The notes below the pieces were generated by a model. The model did not search any database and was not told the DNA's origin. It worked only from the letters and a program-made list of their open reading frames with translations. A stretch of DNA of 62,674 bases, filler included. It is 7 parts of 7 records of this genome, joined end to end, with 100 filler letters (N's around TTAATTAATTAA, not from the genome) between each part and the next. Parts side by side here need not be neighbours in the genome. Positions count along the whole stretch, not along the records: positions 40,243 to 47,203 come from SRR31147125_6123; positions 47,304 to 57,439 come from SRR31147125_6124; 5 more parts are not named here. One strand, 5' to 3'. Positions 40,243-51,320 of this stretch are shown here, one piece after another. A program made the translations under genes and the position numbers. Each line of letters starts with the position of its first letter. Position 1 is the stretch's first letter.

Positions 40243-42597
40243 TATACGAACCTGGAAATTAAAAATTTATCACAAGGCCTTACCGTTCAGTTGTATAGTT
40301 CAGACGGAACAAAATTACTGTTTGATAATTATCAAATTAGAGATGGAAGATCATCAGGTGATATTGTTTTACCTGACAAACTTGAACCTGGTCGATATTT
40401 CTTGGCTGCTTATACTCAATTGGCTAGAACTGAAAATGACGGTTACTTAAAGATGATATTTGTAGACAATAAAGACGAAGAACAGATAGTTGTAGAACCA
40501 ATCCAGATACCGTCTATACTGAAATCGGGGAAAGACAATAACGTAAAATATTATTTGAGTGAATTGTCTGAAGCACCTTATAGATCAGGAAAGTTGAAGT
40601 ATAAACTCTATGAAGGAGATCAACTGCTTCTGGAAAGAAAGGTAAAGGCAGAAAAAAACGGAACTGTACAACTCAACCTGAGTTTACCTGATAAAGAATT
40701 TAACAAGTCTCTAACTCTTAAAATGTTTGATGGTGGAGGACATTTAGATTATCAGAAGAATTTTCAGGTAGATTCTGAAAAACTACAACTTGATTTTTCG
40801 GCAGAAGGAGGAAGCTTTATTGCTGGCAAACCAGTGAAAGTAGGTTTTAAAGTGAAAAATGGAGTTGGACAACTTGTTGATATCGAGTTCGATTTGATCG
40901 ATGAAAGTGGCACAAAAATTTCGCAAGGGAGAACTTTGATCCCGGGCTATGGGATGTTTCCATTTATTGGAGAAGAATCAAAAAAATATAAATTAAAAAT
41001 AACAAGTGAAGTTGGCAATGGTAAGGTATTCGAATTACCATCATTTAAAAATGAAGGGCTATTTTTTTCAATTCAGAAAACAGGAGATGATTTGTTCTTA
41101 GCCAGTATAATGTTTGCTGAAGAAGGGGAACAAGATGTTTTTATGCTTATTAGCAGAGGCGGATATGTTAGTTGGGCTTCAGCGTTAAAAGTAAAAGGTG
41201 GACTTCGTTTAAAACTTCCAAAAGAAAATTTCCCCGCGGGTCTTTCTTCAGTCTCAATTTTCAATACAAATGGAGAATTGCTTTCGGAACGGATAGTTTA
41301 TGTCGATAAAAAAGAGAATTCGGATGTTCAATTAAAAACTTCTAATCAAAAAATAACTGCGGGTCAGCCAATAAATATGGCGGTATCCTTTGCTGATAAT
41401 GAAGAGGATGCGAATTCAGGAAAACTTACAGTATCTGTAAGTGCAGTAAGTGAATGCATTAAAGGCATTAATGAATTTGTGTCGTGCTATAAAATAAATA
41501 CAGAATTAGAAAACAAACTGCCTACTGCTCATTTAATGGAAAGAGGTGAAAATTTTGTCAATGTGATTAACTATCTGTTAATCTCTTCCAAACTTAAGAA
41601 CTTCTCGTGGGATGATATTTTGGAATTCGATCCTGAGAAAACACCTGAAGATCAGAGTGGTGCTGGTGGTGTAGTATTCGATGCAGATAAAAGGCCAGTT
41701 AAAAATGCAAAAATAAGTTTGGTAAATAGGCAAAACATGCAAATTTTAACAAAAACATCCGACTCAAAAGGTTATTTCTTTTTCTCAGGTGTTGAGCCAG
41801 ACGATATTTCTAATTATGCAGTTGAAGCAATTGGAATTGATGGTAGCAAAGATTTGACAGTTGAGTTTGAGAAAAGTTTTGATACCCTTCTTTCAGAAGA
41901 AGTTCAAAACAACTTTGTTTATTACTCAGATATTTCAAAGCCTACAATATCGAAAGAGTACTATGAAAATAATCGTTCATTATTTCAACGCATTCAAAAA
42001 CCAAAAAATCAAATAAATCGCGAGCCAGCCTATAAAGCTTACTTACAAACAGCAACAAACCTGTTAGATGTAGTTAAGCAGATTAAACAATTTAGCTTGG
42101 AGGGTGATAAGATTGTTTTTCCAGGTTCTCGAAATTCACTTATGGCTCAAGATGGTGCTTTAATCGTTATTGATGGTCAGCAACTGGGAACAAGTGCTTC
42201 TACATTAAATGGAATTCCACCTGTGGATGTTGAAACAATTAATGTATCAACAAATGCAATGGATATTCAACGATATACTGGATTAAATTCGGTTGGGGTA
42301 ATCGAAATTACGACTAAAAGAGGCGAATTTAGTAAACCAGTAGAAACCACCACGAATGTAAAATATGAAAATGGATTTCGTGTTGCCAATGATTTTATGG
42401 AGATCCAAGAAGAGTCTCAAAATGAATCAAATACAACTTTGTATTGGAATGCCTCAGTTGATTTAGATTCATCTGCCCCACTCAACTTGAAGATACCAAC
42501 AGCCGATGTGGTGGGCGAGTTCTTAATTGAAGTTGAATCAATTGATGAGCAAGGACGCATTGGGAAAGCAAGTAAAATTGTTGAAGTGGTAAAATAA
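40243..42597 (+). CDS. Bacteroidetes macroglobulin-like protein with TonB plug-like domain, 5' truncated
   Basis: G.I.LP..L..G.Y.L.AYT, F.AEGG..I.G, SERIVYV; plug-like LIVIDG..I.P.DVE.I.V..Y.G..GVI.ITTK; TTLYW at the end. No 22-strand barrel follows. Confidence 0.65.
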   Translation, partial: YTNLEIKNLSQGLTVQLYSSDGTKLLFDNYQIRDGRSSGDIVLPDKLEPGRYFLAAYTQLARTENDGYLKMIFVDNKDEEQIVVEPIQIPSILKSGKDNNVKYYLSELSEAPYRSGKLKYKLYEGDQLLLERKVKAEKNGTVQLNLSLPDKEFNKSLTLKMFDGGGHLDYQKNFQVDSEKLQLDFSAEGGSFIAGKPVKVGFKVKNGVGQLVDIEFDLIDESGTKISQGRTLIPGYGMFPFIGEESKKYKLKITSEVGNGKVFELPSFKNEGLFFSIQKTGDDLFLASIMFAEEGEQDVFMLISRGGYVSWASALKVKGGLRLKLPKENFPAGLSSVSIFNTNGELLSERIVYVDKKENSDVQLKTSNQKITAGQPINMAVSFADNEEDANSGKLTVSVSAVSECIKGINEFVSCYKINTELENKLPTAHLMERGENFVNVINYLLISSKLKNFSWDDILEFDPEKTPEDQSGAGGVVFDADKRPVKNAKISLVNRQNMQILTKTSDSKGYFFFSGVEPDDISNYAVEAIGIDGSKDLTVEFEKSFDTLLSEEVQNNFVYYSDISKPTISKEYYENNRSLFQRIQKPKNQINREPAYKAYLQTATNLLDVVKQIKQFSLEGDKIVFPGSRNSLMAQDGALIVIDGQQLGTSASTLNGIPPVDVETINVSTNAMDIQRYTGLNSVGVIEITTKRGEFSKPVETTTNVKYENGFRVANDFMEIQEESQNESNTTLYWNASVDLDSSAPLNLKIPTADVVGEFLIEVESIDEQGRIGKASKIVEVVK

Positions 42598-42633
42598 AAA
42601 CACAAACTATAAAATGGTAGTATGCTACCAAAC

Positions 42634-43617
42634 CTAAACTAAGTGATCCAATAAGTCGTCAAACCCAAGATTAATCTGTTTTAATTGAGGGAGTAAAGGT
42701 TGAAGCTTTGCGGAAAGTTCTTCATAGTCGTGTCGGGAATTTAGTAGCAGTTTATCTATATTTTTTATAATATCTGCTGAAATGTTTCCTTCCCATTGGC
42801 TCTGTTGAATTTTCCCCTTTTCAACCCGTAGTGAGAAACCAATTTTACCACCTGCCAGATTTATTGAGTTAGAATAAGAATACTTTGGCGAATATCCATA
42901 AATCCATTCCCACTGTTTGTATTTCTCATCTCTTAGTTTTTGAATTGCGTTAATATCCAATTTATTTAGCTCATAAACTTTTGGATTTTTATAGCTTGAT
43001 GAGATTCCATTAAATAGAAAATCAGCAAACTGTTCAACAGTCATTTCCTTCTTAAGATGATCTGCAATATTGGTTACTTCACTTCGGTTCGATTGCACTG
43101 CTTTGTCTTGAAAGCGTGAAAGATCAACCTTCAATGCTTGCTTTAAATGATTAAGTTTGCTATTAAAAAGAAGCGTTCCGTGATGAAGTACCCTCTTTTT
43201 GAAAACATGCTCTGCATTTCCAGAAATCTTTTTGCCGTGAATTAGCAAATCATTCCTTCCCGATGTTGTGGCATCCAGATTTATTTTTTTTAGAACGGAA
43301 ACAATTGGCTCGGTAAAGGTCTTAAAGTTAACTTGATCAATCCGTTTTACGTTTTGAATGAATGTAAAATTTAAATTTCCTGGATCATGAAATACAGTAC
43401 CGCCCCCTGAGAGTCTTCGGGCAATTTTTATTTTATTTTGATGTACGAATCGATGATTTATTTCTGCAAGTGCGTTTTGATGTTTCCCAACTACAATAGA
43501 AGGTTCACTACTCCAAAGCATAAAAATATCATCCTCAAAATTTTTCAGGAAATATTCCTCGGCTGCTAATGAGAAATAGGGATCAGTACCGAGATGGTGA
43601 ATGCAGATAACGCTCAT
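42634..43617 (-). CDS. lplA: Lipoate-protein ligase A
   Basis: LAAEEY, VGKHQN, RRLSGGGTVFHD.GNLNF, RNDL..KKISG, HHGTLL, WEW.YG.SP. Confidence 0.92.
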   Translation of the reverse strand: MSVICIHHLGTDPYFSLAAEEYFLKNFEDDIFMLWSSEPSIVVGKHQNALAEINHRFVHQNKIKIARRLSGGGTVFHDPGNLNFTFIQNVKRIDQVNFKTFTEPIVSVLKKINLDATTSGRNDLLIHGKKISGNAEHVFKKRVLHHGTLLFNSKLNHLKQALKVDLSRFQDKAVQSNRSEVTNIADHLKKEMTVEQFADFLFNGISSSYKNPKVYELNKLDINAIQKLRDEKYKQWEWIYGYSPKYSYSNSINLAGGKIGFSLRVEKGKIQQSQWEGNISADIIKNIDKLLLNSRHDYEELSAKLQPLLPQLKQINLGFDDLLDHLV

Positions 43618-43630
43618 TCAGCAAAAGTAG

Positions 43631-46021
43631 CTAAAACTCCAAAATGATGCCGATAGTTGGTAAAATATTTCCAGAGGTATTTTCAACCCTTTTCAATACA
43701 TATTGGGCTCCATCACCTTGTGTCAGGAAATTTCCATTCGCATCTTCCTCTCTAACAATAATGTCTTGTTGCTGATTTTTGAAGTTGTAAAAATTCTGAA
43801 TATCAATGTAGAACTTTGCAGTCATTTTATTTAAATAATACGCTTTGTCAATCCTCAAATCCAATTGATGAAAAGGGTCAAAGCGTTTGGTATTTAGTTG
43901 ATCTTTATCAATGTATGCTCCATTATTGAAATTCCATGCCTCAACGATTGAAGATTGTTCCAGATCGTAAGGAGTATACGGTAAACCACCAACAAATCGC
44001 CATCGACCACCAATTCTCCAATCGCGTTTTAACTTTTTGGTTGTTGTAAGAACCATCAGGTGTTTGCTATCCCAGCTGGAAGCCTTTAATTTTCCATGTT
44101 TATCTTCAAACTCACTTCTTACCATGGTGTATGAAAGGTTGAAATTGAATTTATTGGATGAATTTATTCGGGTTTGAAACTCGATCCCATAAGCATGTCC
44201 TTTTGAAGTTGAAACAACTTCTTCGTTACCTACTACGCCAAAATCAGCTCCAAGATTTGCAAGGCTTATGGAATCTTCTACCGAAAACGGATAATTGCTA
44301 TATTCTTTTAAAAAACCTTCAAGAGTGAGTATAATATTGTTTTGGGGTCGATATTCAATACCTCCGATAATATGATCGGACTGGATGTATTTTAAATTAT
44401 TAGCTTGGTTAACCAGCTGGTTGTCTTTTTTAAAACCCAGAGCAGTATAAGTTGGCATTTGATAATAACGTCCGGTATTAAAATTTAAACTCCACTTTTC
44501 AGCGAGCAAATAGGAAGCCGACAAGCGGGGTGATAATTGATTAAACATTGATTGCATGCTGGATGAGTAATTGTTTGCATCCATTCGCAAGCCAAATGAA
44601 AGGCTTAAACGGTCATCAATAAAATTGTGACTAACATGTCCAAACAGTCCCCATTTAATAATGTCCAGTTCTGTTTCAAAATTCAAATCGATAATTCCTT
44701 GCTGGTAAAACCTTCGTTGCTGAGTTGAATTTGTATATCGGGCAAAATCAAGATTTGCTCCAAAATTTAATTTAAAATCAGACATACGGGTTGTGCTTTC
44801 AAATCGAATCCTGTTTTCAATTTCTTCGGAAACATAGTCCAGTGTTTTGTTAGCTTCAGAACTTTCATCATTGTCCAGATATTTTACAGCCGAATTGTTG
44901 AGGTGATTTCTGCTAAATACCAAAGTCTGAAAACCATTTTCCCGAAAATGTTTGTAAACAAGTCCGGCCGTATAAGTCCATTGTTCATTTTTAGGAATGG
45001 ATGCTAAAATGCTTTTTTGCTGGTCGTCAGGATCTTCAATGTTGAAGTTTAAAGCAAAATCATCAATGGCTCCAAGCCCAACAAATGTGAGTTCATTCTT
45101 ACTGTCAATACGACTTCTAACTTTAAACTGGAAATCGTTAAAAGTAGGAAGAAAAGGTAATTCAAAAAGATTAAAAAGAAATTGCAAATAAGAACGGCGG
45201 GCAGAGAAAATAAAAGTTGTTTTTTCGTCGAGTGGGCCATCAAGCGTACCTGAAATTTCTGAAGCACCAACTGAGGTTTGAAATCTAAGCTTTTCTTTAT
45301 TGCCATCAACCTGATAAAACTCAAGCACACCACTAAGGGCATTTCCCCGATTAGCAGGGAAGGCACCAGAATAGTAGTTGACCTCACGCAATAAGTCAGC
45401 ATTTATAATTCCAACCGGACCTCCGGAAGCACCTTGCGTTGCAAAATGGTTGATATTCGGCACTTCAATTCCATCCAGAAAGAATCGACTCTCGGAAGGG
45501 CCGCCACCTCTTATGATAATGTCGTTTCGAAACGAGGGAGTGCTTTGAACCCCAGGGAATGATTGAATTACTTTCGAAATATCACGATTTGCTCCAGGGC
45601 TGTTTTCAATTTCAGAAATACCTATATTTTGAAGTGATAAAGGACTCTCTTCTGTTTTGCGAAAAAGGGAAGCAGTTACTTTCACTTCATCAAGTTGCTG
45701 GTCAGCTTTCTCCAATCGAATCTCAATAAAGGCAGGTTTTGAGTTGTTTAACTCAATTTCGGGGCTTACATTCTTTTTATATCCAACAAAACTAGCTTCA
45801 AGCCTTATAAAACCAGGCTTTAAGCCTGAAAGCTGAAAATTCCCTTGTTCATCTGTAATAGTTCCTAGTGTTGTTTCTGCAATAACCACATTCACAAAAG
45901 GTAAGCCTTTGTTGCTTAGCTCGTCAAATACACGACCCTTAATTATTGCCTGTTGTCCGTAGGAAAAATAGCTGCCTAAGCAGAAGATTATAATAATTGT
46001 TTTTTTATAAAGTTGTTTCAT
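43631..46021 (-). CDS. TonB-dependent receptor
   Basis: IKGRV.D..LPFVNV, RGGGPSE..F.LDG, SGAFPA.RGNALSGV, LDLRIDK; ends GIILEF. Confidence 0.9.
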   Translation of the reverse strand: MKQLYKKTIIIIFCLGSYFSYGQQAIIKGRVFDELSNKGLPFVNVVIAETTLGTITDEQGNFQLSGLKPGFIRLEASFVGYKKNVSPEIELNNSKPAFIEIRLEKADQQLDEVKVTASLFRKTEESPLSLQNIGISEIENSPGANRDISKVIQSFPGVQSTPSFRNDIIIRGGGPSESRFFLDGIEVPNINHFATQGASGGPVGIINADLLREVNYYSGAFPANRGNALSGVLEFYQVDGNKEKLRFQTSVGASEISGTLDGPLDEKTTFIFSARRSYLQFLFNLFELPFLPTFNDFQFKVRSRIDSKNELTFVGLGAIDDFALNFNIEDPDDQQKSILASIPKNEQWTYTAGLVYKHFRENGFQTLVFSRNHLNNSAVKYLDNDESSEANKTLDYVSEEIENRIRFESTTRMSDFKLNFGANLDFARYTNSTQQRRFYQQGIIDLNFETELDIIKWGLFGHVSHNFIDDRLSLSFGLRMDANNYSSSMQSMFNQLSPRLSASYLLAEKWSLNFNTGRYYQMPTYTALGFKKDNQLVNQANNLKYIQSDHIIGGIEYRPQNNIILTLEGFLKEYSNYPFSVEDSISLANLGADFGVVGNEEVVSTSKGHAYGIEFQTRINSSNKFNFNLSYTMVRSEFEDKHGKLKASSWDSKHLMVLTTTKKLKRDWRIGGRWRFVGGLPYTPYDLEQSSIVEAWNFNNGAYIDKDQLNTKRFDPFHQLDLRIDKAYYLNKMTAKFYIDIQNFYNFKNQQQDIIVREEDANGNFLTQGDGAQYVLKRVENTSGNILPTIGIILEF

Positions 46022-46176
46022 GATAATTGATGAAGCTATTTACTCTCGTTATATTTTTGCGTAAATTTAAGTTATAGACACAATGTTGTTTAATTATCTT
46101 ATAAAATGATTAAACACAAAAATACGATGCTTGTTCGGCATCTAATATTATTAATTAAAAAAAGTTCAGAAATAGT

Positions 46177-46632
46177 ATGAGAGTTGTTTTACAGCGAGTG
46201 AGCAAAGCTTCAGTTGCAATTGAAGGGAAGGTAAAATCATCGATTGAAAAAGGCATCCTGATTTTGATCGGCATTGAAGATTCAGACGAGCAAGGAGATA
46301 TAGACTGGTTGATAAAAAAAATAACTCAGTTGCGAATTTTTGACGATGAGAATGGGGTGATGAACCAATCGGTTATGGATATTGACGGTGAGGCATTGGT
46401 GGTTAGTCAGTTTACCTTGCATGCAAATACCAAGAAGGGAAACAGACCTTCGTATATAAAAGCATCGAAACCTGAATTTGCAATACCGATGTATGAGAAA
46501 TTTGTTAATGATCTATCAAAAACAATGAACAAAGAGTCTGGAACAGGTGAATTTGGAGCAATGATGAATGTTGAGTTAGTAAACGATGGACCGGTAACCA
46601 TTATTATTGACTCTAAAAATAAGGAGTTATAA
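46177..46632 (+). CDS. dtd: D-aminoacyl-tRNA deacylase
   Basis: MRVVLQRV, LRIF.D, SQFTL, G.FGAMM.V.LVNDGPVT. Confidence 0.95.
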   Translation: MRVVLQRVSKASVAIEGKVKSSIEKGILILIGIEDSDEQGDIDWLIKKITQLRIFDDENGVMNQSVMDIDGEALVVSQFTLHANTKKGNRPSYIKASKPEFAIPMYEKFVNDLSKTMNKESGTGEFGAMMNVELVNDGPVTIIIDSKNKEL

Positions 46633-46634
46633 AT

Positions 46635-46970
46635 ATGAATGAAATAACGATTCCAGAGGCACAAAAAATGGTTGACAATTGGATTGAGACAATTGGAGTC
46701 CGGTATTTTAGTGAGTTAACGAATATGACAATCCTTACTGAAGAAGTTGGTGAATTAGCTCGAATAATGGCACGGAAATACGGAGATCAGTCGTTTAAAG
46801 AATCTGATGAGGCTTTTAATTTGGGGGATGAAATGGCAGATGTACTCTGGGTGTTAATTTGTCTTGCCAATCAAACTGGAATAGATTTAAACGAGGCATT
46901 TTTAAAAAATATTGAGAAAAAGACAGATCGGGATAAAACCCGGCATCAGGATAATGTGAAACTAAAGTAA
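46635..46970 (+). CDS. MazG-like nucleotide pyrophosphohydrolase (YpjD-like)
   Basis: LTEEVGELAR, DEMADVL.VL.CLANQ. Confidence 0.9.
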   Translation: MNEITIPEAQKMVDNWIETIGVRYFSELTNMTILTEEVGELARIMARKYGDQSFKESDEAFNLGDEMADVLWVLICLANQTGIDLNEAFLKNIEKKTDRDKTRHQDNVKLK

Positions 46971-47203
46971 ATGGATATGGAAGTACAAGATAAATTAGCC
47001 GCTTTAAAATTGAAAGTAGGCAACAACAATACCCGGGAAATGCAGCTACTTGCATTTTCGTGCATCGATCTTACCACTCTTAATGCGACCGACACAATTA
47101 GTTATGTGAAAGCCTTTACGGAACGTGTAAATGATTTTTCAAATGATTATCCAAATCTGCCGAATGTTGCTTCAATTTGTGTTTTCCCAAACCTGGCGCG
47201 TAC
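46971..47203 (+). CDS. deoC: Deoxyribose-phosphate aldolase, 3' truncated
   Basis: CIDLTTL..TD, VASICVFP; dtd-mazG-deoC order is typical of Bacteroidetes. Confidence 0.8.
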
Positions 47204-47303
47204 NNNNNNNNNNNNNNNNNNNNNNNNNNNNNNNNNNNNNNNNNNNNTTAATTAATTAANNNNNNNNNNNNNNNNNNNNNNNNNNNNNNNNNNNNNNNNN
47301 NNN
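47204..47303. other. Artificial contig spacer
   Basis: N44-TTAATTAATTAA-N44. Confidence 0.98.
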
Positions 47304-48090
47304 TTTTTGGAAGCTTAACAATATCCATCTCAACTCCCATGTCTCCTCTTGCTACCATAACACCGTCAGCAACTTTTATAATTTCATCAATATTATCAAC
47401 GCCAGCACCGTTTTCTATTTTAGCTATAATCTCAATGTCTCCGCCACCGTTCTTTTCCAATATCTTTCTAACGTCCAAAACATCAAATGCTGTCCTGCAA
47501 AAAGAAGCAGCAATATAGTCTACGCTTTGCTCAATACCAAAAAGTATGTCGCCTTTATCCTTAGGGCTAACATAATCAAAATCTAGAAAAACACCAGGCA
47601 CATTTACTGATTTATTACCAGAAATAACCCCACTGTTTTTAATAGTACATTCTATATTTTTTCCGCTTACTTTTTTTACCTCAAGTTCAATAAGTCCATC
47701 ATCAAGTAATATTCGTGTGCCTTTTTCTACTTCATCATATAATCTTTCATACGTTACTGATGCGCTTTTTTCATCACCTAAACACTCTTCACATTTTAAA
47801 ACAAATTTTTCGCCTTCAGCGAGTTCGTATTTCTTTCCGTCTCTAAATTTCTGCAATCTTATCTCTGGACCTTTAGTGTCCAAAAGTATTGCAACTGGCT
47901 TATTTAGTTCTTTACTTATTCTTCTTACCTTTTCAATTCTTGCACCATGTTCTTCAAAATCACCATGGCTAAAATTAAGCCTTGCAACATTCATACCGTT
48001 TTCAATTAAGGCTCTTACCATCTCTTCGTTTTCAGTTTTTGGACCAATCGTACAAATAATCTTTGTCTTCCTTAAATAATTATCTTTCAT
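47304..48090 (-). CDS. pyk: Pyruvate kinase, 3' truncated
   Basis: RKTKIICTIGP, ARLNFSHG, LDTKGPEIR, IIAKIEN, MVARGDMGVE. Confidence 0.97.
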
Positions 48091-48117
48091 AAAATCCTTT
48101 CCTATAATAAAAATATA

Positions 48118-48534
48118 TTATTCGCCTATGATTTTAATCATAAGGCGTTTGGTTCGTTTCCCATCAAATTCTCCATAAAAAATCTGCTCCCATGGACCAA
48201 AATCTAATCTTCCATCTGAAACAGCAACAACGACTTCTCTTCCCATAATTGTTCTTTTTAAATGAGCGTCCGCGTTATCCTCGTATCCATTATGCCTATA
48301 TCTTGAATAGGGTTTTTCGGGCGCAAGACCTTCTAACCAAACTTCAAAATCATGATGCAATCCAGATTCATCATCATTAATAAACACACTGGCCGTAATA
48401 TGCATAGCGTTAACTAAACAAAGCCCTTCTTTTATGCCCGAGGCTTCTAGTGCTTCTTGTACGTGTCTTGTAATATTAATAAATTGTCGTCTATTTGGAA
48501 TATTAAGTTCCAATACTTTTCTAAAATTCTTCAT
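48118..48534 (-). CDS. yjbQ: YjbQ family (secondary thiamine-phosphate synthase)
   Basis: MHITAS, NADAHLK, G.WEQIF..EFDG.R. Confidence 0.9.
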   Translation of the reverse strand: MKNFRKVLELNIPNRRQFINITRHVQEALEASGIKEGLCLVNAMHITASVFINDDESGLHHDFEVWLEGLAPEKPYSRYRHNGYEDNADAHLKRTIMGREVVVAVSDGRLDFGPWEQIFYGEFDGKRTKRLMIKIIGE

Positions 48535-48727
48535 AATAATTCACCATCTGTAGATTAACATGATTGTTTCCTTTTTTCAACTATATTAATCAAAACTGTC
48601 ACAATTTATCATTTAAATATACAAATTTTACATGCTATTTACCAAAATATTATTACTAATAGTAGTTAAAAATAACATTATGGCAAGCAATATTAGTCAA
48701 ATGTTTAAGGTAAGGAAATTTATAGAT

Positions 48728-49516
48728 ATGATGAAAAGAAACTTTAAAATTAGAACAGCTATTTTAACTTTGATATTTACTTTAGTAATGACCATAAGTG
48801 CTTTTGCAGGGACTGTATATACGGTTAAAAGCGGAGATACTATGTATAAAATAGCAAAAACCAGCGACATAAGCTACTCAAGCCTTTTAAAAGCAAACCC
48901 AGATATTGAAAACCCTTCGCTTATATATGTAGGTCAAAGCATCGTCATTCCCGATAAAGATTCTGGTAAGATGATAAGCTATACTGTAAAAAGCGGAGAT
49001 ACTATGTATAGAATCGCTAAAAACTATGGAATCAGTCTTGCCCAGCTTTTAAAGGCTAATCCTCAAGTCGAAAATTCATCCTCTATTTATGTTGGACAAA
49101 AGATCACCATACCAGATGCCGACCCTTTATCTCAACACGAAGCTTTAGTTGTTGATCTTGTAAACAAAGAAAGAGCTAAAGTTGGTTTACCTAAGCTCAC
49201 TGCACACACAAGGCTTTCTGATGTTGCTAGAATAAAGGCTCAGGATATGATAGACAACAAATATTTTTCTCATACTTCTCCTAAATACGGATCTCCCTTT
49301 AATATGATGGAAAGCTTTGGGCTAAGATTTAGCTCTGCAGGAGAAAATATTGCGTATGGACAAAAAACAGCCAGCGAAGTAGTTAATGCGTGGATGAATT
49401 CACCAGGGCATAGAGCTAATATTTTGTCCGAATCATATACCCACATTGGTGTAGGAGCATCAAAAATGTCTAATGGAACTCTTTATTGGGTGCAGATGTT
49501 TATGAACCCATATTAA
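48728..49516 (+). CDS. LysM-LysM-CAP domain protein (SafA/YkwD-like)
   Basis: Signal peptide; two YTVKSGDTMY..LLKANP..IYVGQ LysM repeats; CAP motifs LVN.ER, YFSHTSP.YG, GENIA, WMNSPGHRANIL. Confidence 0.9.
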   Translation: MMKRNFKIRTAILTLIFTLVMTISAFAGTVYTVKSGDTMYKIAKTSDISYSSLLKANPDIENPSLIYVGQSIVIPDKDSGKMISYTVKSGDTMYRIAKNYGISLAQLLKANPQVENSSSIYVGQKITIPDADPLSQHEALVVDLVNKERAKVGLPKLTAHTRLSDVARIKAQDMIDNKYFSHTSPKYGSPFNMMESFGLRFSSAGENIAYGQKTASEVVNAWMNSPGHRANILSESYTHIGVGASKMSNGTLYWVQMFMNPY

Positions 49517-49554
49517 AATTTAAGACATTTAATATACACTGACGTATTTTTGAG

Positions 49555-49598
49555 AGCCTCTACTATCGTAACGATAATGGAGGCTTTGTTGTTTTTTT
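49555..49598 (+). terminator. Intrinsic terminator
   Basis: AGCCTCTA.TATCGT / ACGATA.TGGAGGCT stem followed by a T-rich tract. Confidence 0.65.
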
Positions 49599-49599
49599 G

Positions 49600-49629
49600 T
49601 CATGCATAACTTAAAAAGTTCATATAAAT
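49600..49629 (+). promoter_or_regulatory. Possible sigma-E sporulation promoter for yqfC-yqfD
   Basis: TCATGCA-N14-CATATAAAT resembles the SigE -35 (TCATATT) and -10 (CATACxxT) elements; yqfCD is SigE-controlled in Bacillus subtilis. Confidence 0.35.
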
Positions 49630-49709
49630 ATGGTATGGCTGTATTTGTCAAATTGTATTACAAACAATATAAATCTTTTGTCATTATATACATTTTAAGG
49701 TGATAATAA

Positions 49710-50012
49710 TTGAAAAAAAATAGCAAAAAGAATAAGGCAAAAACTTATAAAATTAGACAGCACCTGACTAAAGTTTTTGAGCTTCCCGCAGAAGCAGTTT
49801 ATGGGGATTTTAGATTTATCTGTGTTGGAAGGAGTGATGTATATTTGGAAAACCATCAAGGCGTGTTGCATTACACGCAAAAGAAGCTTGTAGTAAGAAC
49901 CCAAAGTAAAGATATCCTATTTATGGGCAACAACATATATATTAAAAAAATGGGCAGGAAAAACTTAATAGTCCAAGGTGATATAGACTTAATTGAATTT
50001 ACTGATAACTAA
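49710..50012 (+). CDS. yqfC: YabP/YqfC-family sporulation protein
   Basis: FELP.E, G..DVYLENHQG..Y, I.G.I; immediately upstream of yqfD. Confidence 0.8.
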   Translation: MKKNSKKNKAKTYKIRQHLTKVFELPAEAVYGDFRFICVGRSDVYLENHQGVLHYTQKKLVVRTQSKDILFMGNNIYIKKMGRKNLIVQGDIDLIEFTDN

Positions 50013-50113
50013 AACGCTAAACCGAATTATATGATGTAATTACTATAACTTCAAAAGTCATTGTAAAAATATATTTTATTATAACATTTTTCAAGAAAGG
50101 CAATAAAATATAG

Positions 50114-51309
50114 ATGAACCTATTTTCCTTTGAAAACAAAGTTGCAGGTTATGTTTTGGTAAAAGCTCAAGGTTTATCATGCGAAAAACTAATAAACTAT
50201 GCTTGCCAAAACTCTATAAAAATATGGGACATAAAAAGAATAAGTTATACTTGTATCCTCTTTAAAACCAAGCCTCTAAGCTTTATGAGATTGAAATCAA
50301 ATTTTAAATCTCATATAGAATTTTTTGAGGTAAAAAAAGTTGGTATGACTGCCGGCTTAAAAAAGCAAATATGAGAAAAGCACTCATAATCGGTTCATTT
50401 TTTTCATTTGTTGTTCTTGTCGTTTTTTCTTCGTTTATTTGGAAAATAAGAATAATAGGAACATCTGACATACCACAAAAAGACATCATGCATTATATTG
50501 AATCACAAGGCATAAAAGCCCCCATGCCAAAACGCAATATAGACTTTGCACAAATTGAACAGTTAATCGAAGTTGAGTTTGATAATGTTTTTTGGGCAAA
50601 TTTTAGACAGCATGGCGTACTTTTGGATTTAGAAGTAGTTGAAAGCAAAGCTTATAGCAACGATATTGATTATCTTACTACGGCGGATGTTGTTGCTTTA
50701 AAAGACGGATATATAACAAAGATTTTAACTTTTAAGGGGAAACCTATTGTCTCAGAAAAAACAACTGTAAGAAAAGGTGATGTGATAATTCAGGGTGAAT
50801 ACTTTGATGATAAAGGTAATTATAGATTCTGCAAAGCCAACGGCAGAGTTTATGCTAACATTTGGTACATGGCAAAACAAAGCATTAAAACAACACAAAT
50901 TACCTATGTGCGAACTGGCAATTTTATATCTAAAAGTTATATTGAAATTTTAGGCGCTAAGTCAGTCAGTAAATTTAGCGAATACGAATACTATGAAAAA
51001 GAAATTGTTCAAAAAAGAAATATTTTTAAAAACTTAGCAATTCCAATTCAACACGTAGAAGTTAAATATTATCAAACAAAACCTGTAAAACAAAGGCTTG
51101 ATCTAATAAAAATAAAAAAAGATGCTTACAATAAAGCATACGATAATGCAAAATTAGAACTAGGAGATCATACTATTATAGACGAGAAAGTAATATTTAC
51201 TGAAAAAGACGACAAAATAGAAGTTGTGGTTTTTTTAAAGACAAATGAGGATATTGCTGATATAATTATAAATGATGATTTTTTAAGACAAGAGAATGTT
51301 TACAACTAG
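50114..51309 (+). CDS. yqfD: Sporulation protein YqfD (frameshift at ~50360)
   Basis: GYV....G..CEK.IN..I.IW.I; after one more A at 50359-50364, SSFIW.I.I.G, VVA.KDG.I, V.KGD..I.G; lies between yqfC and phoH. Confidence 0.8.
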
Positions 51310-51320
51310 AAAGGAAACAA

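Noticed and set aside
48827-49010. 22-nt direct repeat AAAAGCGGAGATACTATGTATA
   Set aside because: Two copies 162 nt apart and in frame; they encode the two LysM domains and are not a CRISPR or mobile repeat.
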